Both the position numbers and the translations under genes were made by a program. DNA of 64,000 nucleotides from an uncultured Verrucomicrobiota bacterium. Its GTDB lineage: Bacteria > Verrucomicrobiota > Kiritimatiellia > CAIKKV01 > CAITUY01. The stretch covers positions 3,940 through 67,939 of the forward strand of contig CAZHRU010000003.1 of the NCBI GenBank assembly GCA_964535015.1, given 5' to 3'. Positions 36,559-46,819 of this stretch are shown in pieces. Under the pieces are notes generated by a model. The model worked only from the letters and a program-made list of their open reading frames with translations, searched no databases and was not told where the DNA came from. Every line of letters begins with the position of its first letter. The stretch's first letter is position 1.

Positions 36559-38241
36559 ATGAAAATAGCGATTGGCGCGGACCACGGCGGTTTTGAGTTG
36601 AAAACCCACCTGCTCGGATGGCTCCGGGAGCGCGGGATTACGGTGGAGGACGTGGGTTGCTACAGTAACGAAGCGGCGGACTATCCCGACTATGCCCGTC
36701 TGGTGTCGGTGATGGTGTCCGAAGGGTTGGTTGACCAGGGCATCCTGATTTGCCGGACCGGGCTGGGGATGAGCATGGCGGCCAACAAGTTTCCGCGCGT
36801 ACGTGCGGCGTTATGCCTGACGCCGGACATGGGGCGGGTGGCCCGGGTTCATAACAACGCCAATGTGTTGGTGCTGGGAAGCGACAACAATTCCCATGAC
36901 AAGATTGGGGCCATCGTCAAGGCGTGGTGCGAGGCCCGGTTTGAAGGGGATGAACGGCACCAGCGGCGCGTGAACAAGATTGGCGCGATGGGGGGATCGG
37001 CTGTGGAGATGGCGGCGGTTGGCCTGGTGGATCCCGAGATTTACGATGCGATCAAGGGCGAGGAGGATCGCGAACAGAAGACGCTGGATTTGATCGCCTC
37101 CGAGAATTATGCCAGCCGGGCGGTGCGCGAGGCGCAGGGGTCGCTGATGACCAACAAGTATGCGGAAGGCTATCCTGGCAAGCGGTACTACAACGGGTGC
37201 GAGTTTGTTGACGTGGCCGAGCGTCTGGCGATTGAGCGGGCCAAGGCCCTGTTCGGCGCCGAGCATGCGAATGTCCAGCCGCATTGCGGGAGTTCGGCCA
37301 ATATGGCGGTTTACTTCGCGATGTTGCAGCCGGGCGATACGATTCTGGCCATGAGTCTGGCGCATGGGGGGCACCTGACACACGGGCACAAGGTCAACTT
37401 TTCCGGGCGTCTTTTCAACATCGTCTCCTACGGGGTCAACAAGGGGACGGAGTTGATTGATTACGACGAGGTGGAGGGACTGGCAAAACAGCACAAGCCC
37501 AAGTTGATTGTTGCCGGCGCCAGTGCCTATCCGCGGGTGCTCGAGTTTGCGCGGTTGCGCCAGATTGCCGACCGTGTCGGTGCCCTGCTGATGGTGGACA
37601 TGGCGCACATTGCCGGTCTGATCGCCGCCGGAGTGCATCCCAACCCCGTGCCTTACAGCGACTTTGTGACGACCACCACGCATAAGACGTTGCGCGGTCC
37701 GCGTAGCGGCATGATCCTGTGCCGTGCGGTCTACGCCCAGGAAATCGACAAGACGGTATTCCCGGGATTGCAGGGCGGTCCGCTGATGCATACGATTGCC
37801 GCCAAGGCCGTGTGCTTCAAGGAAGCCGCGTTGCCGGACTTCAAGGCCTACCAGCGGCAGGTGGTGACGAATGCACGGTTATTGGCGGACTATCTTTCCA
37901 AGCACGGGATGCGGATTGTGTCGGGCGGCACGGATAACCACCTGATGCTGGTGGATCTGACGGGTATTGGCAGTACCGGCAAGGATGCGGCGGTGGCCTT
38001 GGAGAAGGCGGGAATCGTGGTCAACAAGAACGCGATCCCGTTCGATGCCAAGCCGCCGGCGGTGACCTCCGGTATCCGCATCGGGACTCCGGCGGTGACC
38101 ACGCGGGGTCTCAAGGACGCCGAGATGACGCTGTTGGGGCAATGGATTGTGGATGCGGTCAAGCATCAGGGGGATGGGAAACGGTTGGAGAAGATCCGGG
38201 GCGAGGTCCAGGCGCTGGCACTGCGATTTCCGATACCGTAG
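36559..38241 (+). CDS. glyA: Ribose-5-phosphate isomerase B - serine hydroxymethyltransferase fusion
   Basis: IGADHGG, DYPD, AANK and RHQRRV, followed by [25 protein letters not shown] and FPGLQGGP. Confidence 0.95.
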   Translation: MKIAIGADHGGFELKTHLLGWLRERGITVEDVGCYSNEAADYPDYARLVSVMVSEGLVDQGILICRTGLGMSMAANKFPRVRAALCLTPDMGRVARVHNNANVLVLGSDNNSHDKIGAIVKAWCEARFEGDERHQRRVNKIGAMGGSAVEMAAVGLVDPEIYDAIKGEEDREQKTLDLIASENYASRAVREAQGSLMTNKYAEGYPGKRYYNGCEFVDVAERLAIERAKALFGAEHANVQPHCGSSANMAVYFAMLQPGDTILAMSLAHGGHLTHGHKVNFSGRLFNIVSYGVNKGTELIDYDEVEGLAKQHKPKLIVAGASAYPRVLEFARLRQIADRVGALLMVDMAHIAGLIAAGVHPNPVPYSDFVTTTTHKTLRGPRSGMILCRAVYAQEIDKTVFPGLQGGPLMHTIAAKAVCFKEAALPDFKAYQRQVVTNARLLADYLSKHGMRIVSGGTDNHLMLVDLTGIGSTGKDAAVALEKAGIVVNKNAIPFDAKPPAVTSGIRIGTPAVTTRGLKDAEMTLLGQWIVDAVKHQGDGKRLEKIRGEVQALALRFPIP

Positions 38242-38264
38242 AGTCTGGAAGAAGGAGGACGGTT

Positions 38265-38798
38265 GTGATTCTTCGCGATTTGACCAAAGACGAGATGGCC
38301 ATGGTGGAACAGGTGGGCCATCAGCAGGAGGTGGCCCGCGGGGACTGGATCGTGAGGGAAGGCGATGTGGGTCAGTCGTTTTTCCTGGTGATCAGCGGGC
38401 GAGTGGAAGTGCGCAAGAACCTTGGCATGGACAAGTACAAGCGGTTGGTCGAACTGGGGCCGTTGGATGTTTTCGGCGAGGTGTGTTTTCTTGGGGTGGC
38501 ATCCCGGTCGGCGGGGGTGGTGGCGCTGGAGCCGACGGTGGTGATGGAGTTCAGACAGGATGACTTCGAAAAATTGATCGCCGTGCATCCGTTGATCGGA
38601 CTCAAGTTATACCGCGGGATCGCCCGCGAGTTGGCGCAACGCCTGGCCTGTGTGGATAGCGATCTGAGGGATGCGCTGTTGTGGGCGCTGGGCGACAAAC
38701 GGATGGCGGCGGACCCCGTGGTGCTTTCCCAGCGCAAGTTGACGCTGGCGCCGCTGTCCTCCCGTGTCGGCGGCAACGCCAGGATTGTCGTCGAGTAA
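38265..38798 (+). CDS. Stand-alone cyclic nucleotide-binding domain protein
   Basis: IVREGD.G.SFFLV..G.VEV, FGEV.FL...RSA.V.A. AGGAGG RBS before GTG. Confidence 0.8.
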   Translation: MILRDLTKDEMAMVEQVGHQQEVARGDWIVREGDVGQSFFLVISGRVEVRKNLGMDKYKRLVELGPLDVFGEVCFLGVASRSAGVVALEPTVVMEFRQDDFEKLIAVHPLIGLKLYRGIARELAQRLACVDSDLRDALLWALGDKRMAADPVVLSQRKLTLAPLSSRVGGNARIVVE

Positions 38799-38800
38799 AG

Positions 38801-39454
38801 ATGAAGCCGCGTGACATTCCCTTTGTCCATCGGCGTTTGAAAGCGCATTTCGAATCCACACGGAGTCCGGTGGCGGCCTTCATGGCAACGCGGACGAATG
38901 ATCCCTACCGTGTCCTGGTGGCCACGATCCTCAGTTCACGGACCAAGGACCAGACGACAGAGGTTGTGTCGCAACGCCTGTTTGAGGCGGCGCCGAGGGC
39001 GGCGGCGCTTCGCGGAATACCCGTGGCGCGCTTGGAAACCCTGCTACGTCCTGTCGGGTTCTTCCGGACCAAAGCGCGCATGCTGAAGCAGTTGCCGGAT
39101 GCGCTGGATGAACGGTTTGGCGGCCGTATTCCGGAGGCGGTGGAGGATCTGGTGCGTCTGCCGGGGGTGGGGCGTAAGACGGCCAACCTGGTGGTGTCGG
39201 AGGCGTTTGACCGGCCGGGCATTTGTGTGGATGTGCATGTACACCGGATCTGCAACCGGTTGGGGTTGATCAAGACCGGGACGCCTGAAGCGACGGAAAT
39301 GACGTTGCGGCGGCTGTTGCCTGTCCGTTATTGGAAGACGTGGAACCGTTATCTGGTGGCGTTCGGACAAACCTTATGTACGCCGCGGAATCCCAAGTGT
39401 GCGGTTTGCCCGGTGCAAGCGCGGTGTGATACAGGGGCGGGGACGGTTCGGTAA
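38801..39454 (+). CDS. nth: Endonuclease III
   Basis: LVATILS, LPGVGRKTAN HhH, VDVHV, C-x6-C-x2-C-x5-C Fe-S motif. Confidence 0.93.
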   Translation: MKPRDIPFVHRRLKAHFESTRSPVAAFMATRTNDPYRVLVATILSSRTKDQTTEVVSQRLFEAAPRAAALRGIPVARLETLLRPVGFFRTKARMLKQLPDALDERFGGRIPEAVEDLVRLPGVGRKTANLVVSEAFDRPGICVDVHVHRICNRLGLIKTGTPEATEMTLRRLLPVRYWKTWNRYLVAFGQTLCTPRNPKCAVCPVQARCDTGAGTVR

Positions 39455-39484
39455 AGTATGGGTAATCCATGGAGGGTGGAGGTT

Positions 39485-39898
39485 ATGAAGAACATTTGCA
39501 ATACGTTGGCGGTGCTGGCGGTGATGACCGTTCTGGTGATGTGTTTTGCCTGTGCTAAACGGGAACCGGTGAGTCATTTCGTTATTGTGCCGCGGAGCGG
39601 GCAGACTGAAATTGCCGCGGCGGATATTGAGAAATTGCGGGTAACATTGGACGCGGTCGGCGAACATTACAAGATGACGAAAAAGCAGTCCGGGCAGGCG
39701 GGGATCATCCGTTACTATGCACCCAACGACGACTACGAGATCGGGTTCTATGCCAAACGCGAGGCGTCGTACCTGAAGGTGTATGCGATTCCGATGACGC
39801 CGTCGGTTGCCGGTTCGAAGAACTTTGTGGCCTTCCGGCAGAACCTGGCGAATGTACTGTCGGGGGCGTTTCCGGGCCGGGTCTCCGTGGTGAAGTAG
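39485..39898 (+). CDS. Hypothetical lipoprotein
   Basis: GGAGG RBS, and a signal peptide ending FAC (lipobox-like). Confidence 0.65.
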   Translation: MKNICNTLAVLAVMTVLVMCFACAKREPVSHFVIVPRSGQTEIAAADIEKLRVTLDAVGEHYKMTKKQSGQAGIIRYYAPNDDYEIGFYAKREASYLKVYAIPMTPSVAGSKNFVAFRQNLANVLSGAFPGRVSVVK

Positions 39899-39933
39899 CA
39901 GGCGAAGACGGTGGTGATGGGCAGGTCCGTTGC

Positions 39934-39973
39934 GGACGTTCAACGTTTGCCTCCACCGGGGCGAGCCCGGTGG
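39934..39973. repeat. Dispersed palindromic repeat (copy of the 48.5-kb element)
   Basis: GGACGTTCAACGTTTGCCTCCACCGG...CCGGTGG is shared with 48609-48649. Confidence 0.8.
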
Positions 39974-40063
39974 CCGGCTGCCGTCATGTCGCCAAGACTC
40001 AGAGATGCGCCCCCGGGAATCATCCTGTTGACGGATGCCTGCAAATGTGCGTATTAATGATCT

Positions 40064-42904
40064 ATGAAGCATGGCCTATTTGTCGCGGGTTGTTGTGCGC
40101 TAGTGATGGTCGCCCTACTGGCCGGGGGATGCGCCTCGACGGCGATCAAAGGGACTCCGTTCTACACAGCCGTGGATGAGAAGCCGGCGGGGCCGCCGGA
40201 GGATCGTATCTGGGCCTGGCCCTTGGTCTACTATCGCGATCCGGCGCTTTCGATCCTGTGGCCCATCTTCGAGAAGAACGACCAATGGCTTGCCGTAAGG
40301 CCGGTTTTCTCGATCTACGGGCTGGACCGTGGCAAGCATCAGTACAATGTGCTGTGGCCGATCGCCCAGTGGGATTGGGAGACGGGCAACCATCGCGTCT
40401 TTCCCTATTTCTGGGGGGCTAATTACCGGGCGTTGTTCCCCTTGTATTGGCACTTCAATCACCCGTTGAACGGGTACGGAACCGATACGCTTTTCCCGTT
40501 GTGGTATTACACCCGGAACGCGGGGCAGTACAGTTTCTGGGCGGTGGGTCCGGTGTTCCACTCCAAGAATCGCGGGGGTGAAACCGGCTGGCACGTGTGG
40601 CCGGTGACGGGGCATTACGCGGGTTCGGATCACAGTTACCGGTTCTTTGCCTGGCCGCTGGCCCACCAGTGGCGCGGGCACGGGGACCGGGGTGCGGATA
40701 CGATCATTCCGTTATTCTATCGTGGATGGGGCCCAGACAGCCGCACGTTTATCAGTCCGTTGTGGATGACGCGCTCCAATGAAGGGGAAACGTGGCGATG
40801 TCTGCCACCCCTGTTCTACGAGCAATCCGGCAAAGGGGCGTCGCGGTTCCTTTCCCTGCCCTGGTCCTATGGTGCCGAGCGGGACGGCAGTGCGTGGCAT
40901 CTCGCTTTTCCTTTCTACTTCGATAAAGTTGCTTCCAATCGCGTCACCCGTCTGACGCCTTTGGGCGGGTCGAGGACGGTGGGTGAACGAACGGAGTGGG
41001 GTGTTGTGCCGGTGCTTTCGTGGGGGACAACGACACCCACGAGCCATTCCACCTGGGTCGCGGCGGGCCTGGCCCATCATTCGCAGGATGGCGCCAGTCG
41101 GTCACACCATGTATTGCCCCTGTACTACTCCAGCAGTGATTCGGATAGTTCCACCTTCATTTCCATTCCCTATAGTCAGCGGCGGACCGTTAGTGGCGCC
41201 CAATGGGATCTGGCGTTCCCATTGGTGTACCGGTACCGGTCGCCGGAGGCGAACCGGTGGATAACTCCGTTGGCGGCGGGCGGCGGGACGACCGATGGGC
41301 GCGAACGCTGGCATGCCATTCTGCCCCTGTACTATAGTCAGCAAGACGGGCAGGGGAGTTCGCTGGTCACCCTGGCGGGGGGATATCACCGCGATCCATC
41401 CGGGACGCGGTGGAATGCGTGGCCGTTGCTGACCTGGCGGACGGAGGACAAGGAGGGTTCCGATTTCTGGGCACTGGCACCCCTGATTCATGCCCGGCAC
41501 GAAGCGGGATATTCCACACACCATGTGTTACCCGTTTACTACTGGAACAGTCGTACGGACAGTCTTGTTTCCCTGCTGGCCGCGCGTTGGCAGACAGCGG
41601 CATCCAATACGGTGACGTTGGTCCCGCCGGCGTTGAGTTGGAAGGTGACGTCGACAAACCGGTCGGATCTCTGGTTGGCTGGCGGACTGGCCAGGGCCAG
41701 TTGGGGGGCGAAGCCGGGGCCCCATCATGTCGTTCCCTTGTATTACCGTGACCGGGAACGCGACACCTTCATTTCGCCGGTTTTTGCTCAATGGGAGGCC
41801 AGTGATGAGTCGCGGGTTACTGTGATTCCGCCCCTATTGGGTGCGGGAAGTTCATCACCGCAGAACAGGGATCTGTGGTTTCTGGCGGGATTGGGCAAGG
41901 CCAGTTGGGGTGAACATCCGGGGGCCCGCTATCTGGTTCCCCTTTTCTATGAGAACCCGCAGACGGGCTCGTTTATTTCGCCGTTCTTTACCCGGTCCAC
42001 TGCCGGAACGCGCGACACCCGTTTCTACCCGCCGCTCCTGTCTCTTGACATCACCGACGGATCGCAGCGCGACATCTGGGGGTTGGCCGGCCTCGCGCAT
42101 TACTCCGGCGATTCAGTGACCCGCACCAGCAGTGGCTACCTTCTGCCGCTTTTCTATTATGACTCCACCAACACGCTTCTCACTCCGCTCTTCGGACGTC
42201 ATCGCCAAAATGAGAACGGGTTCTTCTATCCGCTCACGCCGCTGGCTGGTGTCCGCACGGGGCAACGGTCGGGGGGGTGGTTGTTTCCGCTTTTTTCGCA
42301 CACGCGCCAGCGGGAAAGTGGTGACATCAACGGCATGGTTCTTTGGGGTCCGTACTGGCGTGATCATGTCCGCAAGGGGGCGTTTCTGTTTCCGTTCTTC
42401 TATCACCAACGTGATCTTGCGCCACTGAACAGCAAAGAGAGCGTCAATCGCAAGACGTATGTCTTTCCGACGTTCTGGAAGCGGACGTTGGCCTACACGG
42501 AGGTCGGGTCCAATTCAAGAAAGCGGATTCTGGATACGAAGAATATGTTTGTGCCGTTTTGGGCGCACACGGAGACAGGGGTTTTGGGGAAGGCGCCTGA
42601 TGTGGCTGAGACGTCCGTCCTGCTGGGGGCCTGGAACAGCCGGAAAGAGAAAGTGGCGGCGCCGGGTTCAGATCAGACCGTTACGCAATGCCGGAAGCGG
42701 CTCCTGTGGTGGCTCTGGCGATATGACCGGAACGGCGCGGATATGGCGATGGATATATTTCCGGGGATCAGCATTGACCGGAAGGGCGACGGATTCAAGA
42801 AGACGGCCTTCTTCTACCGCCTCTACCGCAACGAGGTAACGCCCGACGGCAAGCGCAAGATGGATATCCTGTTCATTCCGATCCTGCGCCCCCGCCAGGG
42901 GTAG
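40064..42904 (+). CDS. Large hypothetical lipoprotein built of aromatic/Pro-rich repeats
   Basis: Lipobox LAGGC, dozens of (W/F/L)P(L/V)(Y/F)(Y/W) units, and an internal duplication. Confidence 0.75.
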   Translation: MKHGLFVAGCCALVMVALLAGGCASTAIKGTPFYTAVDEKPAGPPEDRIWAWPLVYYRDPALSILWPIFEKNDQWLAVRPVFSIYGLDRGKHQYNVLWPIAQWDWETGNHRVFPYFWGANYRALFPLYWHFNHPLNGYGTDTLFPLWYYTRNAGQYSFWAVGPVFHSKNRGGETGWHVWPVTGHYAGSDHSYRFFAWPLAHQWRGHGDRGADTIIPLFYRGWGPDSRTFISPLWMTRSNEGETWRCLPPLFYEQSGKGASRFLSLPWSYGAERDGSAWHLAFPFYFDKVASNRVTRLTPLGGSRTVGERTEWGVVPVLSWGTTTPTSHSTWVAAGLAHHSQDGASRSHHVLPLYYSSSDSDSSTFISIPYSQRRTVSGAQWDLAFPLVYRYRSPEANRWITPLAAGGGTTDGRERWHAILPLYYSQQDGQGSSLVTLAGGYHRDPSGTRWNAWPLLTWRTEDKEGSDFWALAPLIHARHEAGYSTHHVLPVYYWNSRTDSLVSLLAARWQTAASNTVTLVPPALSWKVTSTNRSDLWLAGGLARASWGAKPGPHHVVPLYYRDRERDTFISPVFAQWEASDESRVTVIPPLLGAGSSSPQNRDLWFLAGLGKASWGEHPGARYLVPLFYENPQTGSFISPFFTRSTAGTRDTRFYPPLLSLDITDGSQRDIWGLAGLAHYSGDSVTRTSSGYLLPLFYYDSTNTLLTPLFGRHRQNENGFFYPLTPLAGVRTGQRSGGWLFPLFSHTRQRESGDINGMVLWGPYWRDHVRKGAFLFPFFYHQRDLAPLNSKESVNRKTYVFPTFWKRTLAYTEVGSNSRKRILDTKNMFVPFWAHTETGVLGKAPDVAETSVLLGAWNSRKEKVAAPGSDQTVTQCRKRLLWWLWRYDRNGADMAMDIFPGISIDRKGDGFKKTAFFYRLYRNEVTPDGKRKMDILFIPILRPRQG

Positions 42905-42924
42905 CGGTCTGATGCAGGCCACAG

Positions 42925-42984
42925 GCGGCATTCGAAAGAATGCCGCTACCGACCTTGACGTAACGGAATCCTTTCGGATTCCGC
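42925..42984. repeat. REP-like doublet (GTAG-type palindromes)
   Basis: GCGGCATTC-GAAA-GAATGCCGC-TAC (reverse complement begins GTAG) plus CGGAATCC-TTTC-GGATTCCG. Near-identical at 45463-45526. Confidence 0.8.
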
Positions 42985-43089
42985 CTGCAGTTTGGTTTCC
43001 CCCAGGGACAGTTTCCCCCAGGGATAGTCCCTGTTGAACTGAATTGGCAAACCGGGCCAAACTACAGGGTTCGCCCTCAGGCGAGCCGA

Positions 43090-44172
43090 TCACAAGCGGT
43101 TGAGGATGGTGCTGCCGCGTTCGAAGAACCACTGGAGTGTATCGTGTTCGACCTCGGGCGGGATCGAGTGGTCGGAAGCGACGATCACGCCGCTTCCCCC
43201 CTTCAACACGGGAATGATTTTCCGGTTGAGTTCCTCGTCAATCAGTGCTCGATCGTTGCTCGCGAGAATCCGGATGTCAATGTTGCCGCAGAAGGTGATG
43301 CGGTCCCCGTACTGTTTTGCCAGTCGCGGCATATCCATACCCGCCTTGACCTCCATGGCCTGCAGGCAGTCCATGCCTGCAGAGATCAGGCCGGGCACCA
43401 GGGGTTCGACGAACCCGCAGGAATGAACGACGACCTTCAATCCCTTGGAGTGTGCGTAGTCGAAGAGAAGTTTGTGGCCGGGCATGACCAGTTCCTCGTA
43501 CATCGCGGGCGACATGAAGGGTTTCTCCTTGAACCCCATGTCCTCGAAGAACCAGATGAAATCGGGAGTTCCTTCTTCGGCGAAGAGGACCTCCAGATGC
43601 ATGATGGTCATGCGGGCATAGGTCATGACCATGTCCAGGACCCAGTCGGGGTCCAGGCCCATGCCCATGAGCATGTACTCATGACCGCAGACCGGGTGCA
43701 TTTGCTCGAAGGGCGCCACACCGTGCCAGCAGAATGCGCGGCCTTCTGCCGCGGCCAAGGCCTTTTGGTTCCGGTACCCTTCAAAGGGGATGCGGCGGCG
43801 ATCCACCTTCAGGAGGTGCGGTTTGATCATGGATTCCCAGGGGCCCCGTTCCTGGACGGCGAAGTCCACATGTTCCGGTGTTCCGGAGCGTGCCTTCCAC
43901 CAGCGCAAGGTGGCGCCGTTGCCGTTAAGCACCAGTTTGGTTTCGGCGGTTTCCTCCAGAAGTTTGTCAGTGAAGTCCAGGTCGGCAGTGCTGTTCAGCC
44001 AGCCGCCGGAACGCCAACTCATGTTGAAATGGGTGACGGCATCTTCGTTGGTCCGTAGTTTGCCTTGGGCCGCGTACTTCACCCGGGTCTCTCCCCACAA
44101 TGAATCCCCGTAGGGCAACGCATCCACGGGTTTGCGGTTCAACGTATTCAACAAGCGCGTTTTGTGTGTCAT
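43090..44172 (-). CDS. Uroporphyrinogen decarboxylase-like (MtaA/CmuA-type) protein
   Basis: FFEDMG...FMSP.MY, HSCG, GMDCLQAME, FCGNID, SDHSIP. Confidence 0.8.
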   Translation of the reverse strand: MTHKTRLLNTLNRKPVDALPYGDSLWGETRVKYAAQGKLRTNEDAVTHFNMSWRSGGWLNSTADLDFTDKLLEETAETKLVLNGNGATLRWWKARSGTPEHVDFAVQERGPWESMIKPHLLKVDRRRIPFEGYRNQKALAAAEGRAFCWHGVAPFEQMHPVCGHEYMLMGMGLDPDWVLDMVMTYARMTIMHLEVLFAEEGTPDFIWFFEDMGFKEKPFMSPAMYEELVMPGHKLLFDYAHSKGLKVVVHSCGFVEPLVPGLISAGMDCLQAMEVKAGMDMPRLAKQYGDRITFCGNIDIRILASNDRALIDEELNRKIIPVLKGGSGVIVASDHSIPPEVEHDTLQWFFERGSTILNRL

Positions 44173-44291
44173 GGGTATTTTCCTGCTGATGACAATTTCG
44201 ACAGGGGGTAAATGGTGCAAGTTGCCGGCATCATTTGCAAGTCCTGACATCATTCCCGGAGCATGTTTGGGTTTTGGCATCCACAGTGTTT

Positions 44292-44388
44292 GGCGTCACG
44301 CCGTGACGTCCTACAGAATCCAGAATGTGTAGGACCGCACGGTGTGCGGTCGCAATCCAGAAGGGGTGGGGCCGCACGGTGTGCGGTC
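44292..44388. repeat. Cluster of three REP-like palindromes (BIME-like)
   Basis: An inverted GTAG-GACGTCAC-GGC-GTGACGCC, then GTAG-GACCGCAC-GGT-GTGCGGTC and GTGG-GGCCGCAC-GGT-GTGCGGTC. Confidence 0.75.
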
Positions 44389-44513
44389 GGAGTTTGCGTA
44401 TGGCCGCGCTGAGACGTGGAGAGGCGCGTGGGGGATTCGTGAAAAGTCGTGACTAATCCTGCGGAAACCGTTAAACAACCCGCGCTACACATCATGGAAA
44501 GGGTAGAATTCAC

Positions 44514-45320
44514 ATGCTGACGTTGCTTATATCGTTGTTGGCGATGGTGGGGGTATGGGTTGGGTTGCGGCATGGGGTCGCGATGGTGAATGGGTGGAGT
44601 ATTGTGGTGGCGGTTACCGTGGGGGTGGGGATCTACATCGGGACCATGTTGTTGCTTCGGCGCAAAGTCGGGGCCCTGATGACAGCCGTGCAGAACCGCA
44701 TCACCAGCCGGAATGCCATCCTCATGCGGAAGTACCAGCAACTGGGCAGTCGGGGCGGGGACCCCAAGCGGCTGATGGACCAGGCGCGCCGGGAGCAGGA
44801 ATCCATTTTGGCCGAGGCCCTGGAGGCGACCCGCCAGTTGGATCCCTACTGCAAATGGAGCCCGTTGCTTGACCGGCAGATCAATTCCATCCGCGTCCAG
44901 TTCCTGTTCCAGTTGAAGAAGTACGACGAGGTTGACCGGCTTCTACCGAAGGCCCTGCTGACCGAGCCCGTTCTGGTATGCATGAAGATGTGCCGACAAT
45001 ACCAGCGCGGCGCCGAGGCCGACCTCGAGAAGACGTACAACAAGTATCGAAAGAAATTCAAACTGGATGCCGCCATCATCTATGCGACGTATGCGTGGAT
45101 GTTGCTCAGGAAGAAGCAAGGCGACAAGGCCCGGCAAGTCCTGCTGGATGGCAAGACGGCGACGGAGAACGACATTCTGGAGAAGAACTGGGAACACTTG
45201 TCCAACGACAGGCCGAGTCATTTCTCCAATGCCGGGTTTGGCGAGTCCTGGTATGCCCTGTATCTGGAAGAGCCCAAGCAACCCAAGCCGAGGGTGGAGC
45301 GGCGTATCCGGAGGTGGTAG
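44514..45320 (+). CDS. Hypothetical protein with two N-terminal TM helices and a helical (TPR-like) domain
   Basis: Hydrophobic N-terminus and host-like codon usage; no recognised catalytic motif. Confidence 0.7.
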   Translation: MLTLLISLLAMVGVWVGLRHGVAMVNGWSIVVAVTVGVGIYIGTMLLLRRKVGALMTAVQNRITSRNAILMRKYQQLGSRGGDPKRLMDQARREQESILAEALEATRQLDPYCKWSPLLDRQINSIRVQFLFQLKKYDEVDRLLPKALLTEPVLVCMKMCRQYQRGAEADLEKTYNKYRKKFKLDAAIIYATYAWMLLRKKQGDKARQVLLDGKTATENDILEKNWEHLSNDRPSHFSNAGFGESWYALYLEEPKQPKPRVERRIRRW

Positions 45321-45462
45321 GGGGGGGGCTGTTCCCTGGGTGAAAGGTCCATCAGGATTTTTCTCCGGGGACAGACCCTGTTGAACCCGCTGTTCGCGGC
45401 GTCGCAGGAGCTCCGCCCTCCAGAAGGCGTGTTTGGATTTCTCCCGGGGGCACGGCACTGGT

Positions 45463-45526
45463 GCGGCATTCGAAAGAATGCCGCTACCGAACCTGACATA
45501 GCGGAATCTGAAAGGATTCCGCTACC
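45463..45526. repeat. REP-like doublet, second copy
   Basis: GCGGCATTCGAAAGAATGCCGCTACCGA...TAGCGGAATCTGAAAGGATTCCGCTAC, between convergent genes. Confidence 0.8.
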
Positions 45527-45556
45527 GATTGTGCTTTATTACGGGTTCCCCGGGTA

Positions 45557-46345
45557 TTACGGGAAGTTGATATCCAACTGGGTCGTGAACATGTTGGAAC
45601 CCGCGAGACTGGGTTCTTCCCACATGTCGTACCCGAAGATCACGGAGACGTTCTTGGAGAAGGCCCAGGCCGCGCCGAAACTCAGGCCGCTCAGGGCGTT
45701 GTTCCCGCCCTGATAATCCACGGCGACCCACAGTTTGTCCGAGATCTCGCTCACGGTGCGGTCCCACGACAGAAGGATGCCGTCGGCGGCTTCGTTGCCG
45801 TTCTTATCCAGCAACACATCGCCGTTCCCGCTGTAGTAGCCGGCCGAAAAGCGGCCGAGGGACGGAATGGCACCGAAGGCCGGCATTGTCTTGGCCGCGA
45901 GACCATAGACGATGTTCTGGTCAGTTCGCGTGGGGCTGTTCTCCTTCGAATGGGTGCCGAAGTTGAACCCGCCTACCGCGAGGGCCGGTGAGTAGGGGCA
46001 CAAGGCATCCTCGGCCACGCCCACCTTGGCGTTGAAATAGAACGGGTGGTCGTCATAGGCCGTTCCATTCACCAGATAGTCGGCGCCGACTTCCGCCTTG
46101 ATGGTTTCGAACGGAAGGACGCCGACGGTGATGCCGACATCATAGACGTTGGGGTCCCGCTCGCCCGCGGTGAACCGTCCGTTGTCCGAGGACCGGACGT
46201 AGTTGTCCAATCCGAGATGCCAGACGTTAAACGGTTGAATGTCCGTGGAGGGAATCCAGATCTGGGTTGAAGGGGTTGCCATGCCCAGATTGGCCGAGCC
46301 TGAACACAGTACGCCTGCGATGAGTCCTGCGATTGTCTTTTTCAT
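45557..46345 (-). CDS. Putative outer-membrane beta-barrel protein in the amtB-glnK operon
   Basis: Signal peptide, alternating beta-strand pattern, C-terminal TQLDINFP. Confidence 0.7.
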   Translation of the reverse strand: MKKTIAGLIAGVLCSGSANLGMATPSTQIWIPSTDIQPFNVWHLGLDNYVRSSDNGRFTAGERDPNVYDVGITVGVLPFETIKAEVGADYLVNGTAYDDHPFYFNAKVGVAEDALCPYSPALAVGGFNFGTHSKENSPTRTDQNIVYGLAAKTMPAFGAIPSLGRFSAGYYSGNGDVLLDKNGNEAADGILLSWDRTVSEISDKLWVAVDYQGGNNALSGLSFGAAWAFSKNVSVIFGYDMWEEPSLAGSNMFTTQLDINFP

Positions 46346-46434
46346 AGTACACTTACCTTTCTTTTGTTTGTTTTGTCTGGTTATGAGTTGCGGGATGGCG
46401 CACCACCCGGGGCGCCATCCCATCCGGGGAATGA

Positions 46435-46776
46435 TTATCCGATGGCGGGACCTCCTGTTTCTCCGGTCCGGATGCGGATGCATTCGGCAAGGTCCAGGAC
46501 GAAGATCTTTCCGTCCCCGACTTTCCCTGTTCGGGCCGCTCCGGTGATGGCCTCGATTGTCGGCTTCACGAAGTCGTCGTTCACCGCGATCTCCAGTTTC
46601 ACTTTCTTCAGCAAGGTCCCGGCCTCCTTATGACTACGGTAGACTTGGGCGATACCGCCCTGCCGGCCGCGTCCCATGACGCTGGTCACGGTGACCAGAT
46701 GGATCTGGTTGGCGGTCAACTGTTCCAGGACTTCTTCCATCCGGTCCGGTTGAATAATGGCTACGATGTATTTCAT
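46435..46776 (-). CDS. glnK: P-II nitrogen regulatory protein
   Basis: AIIQP, GRGRQGG, RTGKVGDGKIFV, IRIRTGE. Adjacent to amtB. Confidence 0.92.
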   Translation of the reverse strand: MKYIVAIIQPDRMEEVLEQLTANQIHLVTVTSVMGRGRQGGIAQVYRSHKEAGTLLKKVKLEIAVNDDFVKPTIEAITGAARTGKVGDGKIFVLDLAECIRIRTGETGGPAIG

Positions 46777-46819
46777 GTTATTTTGTTCCTTCCGTTCTTT
46801 GTTGTATTCATTAGGGGAC

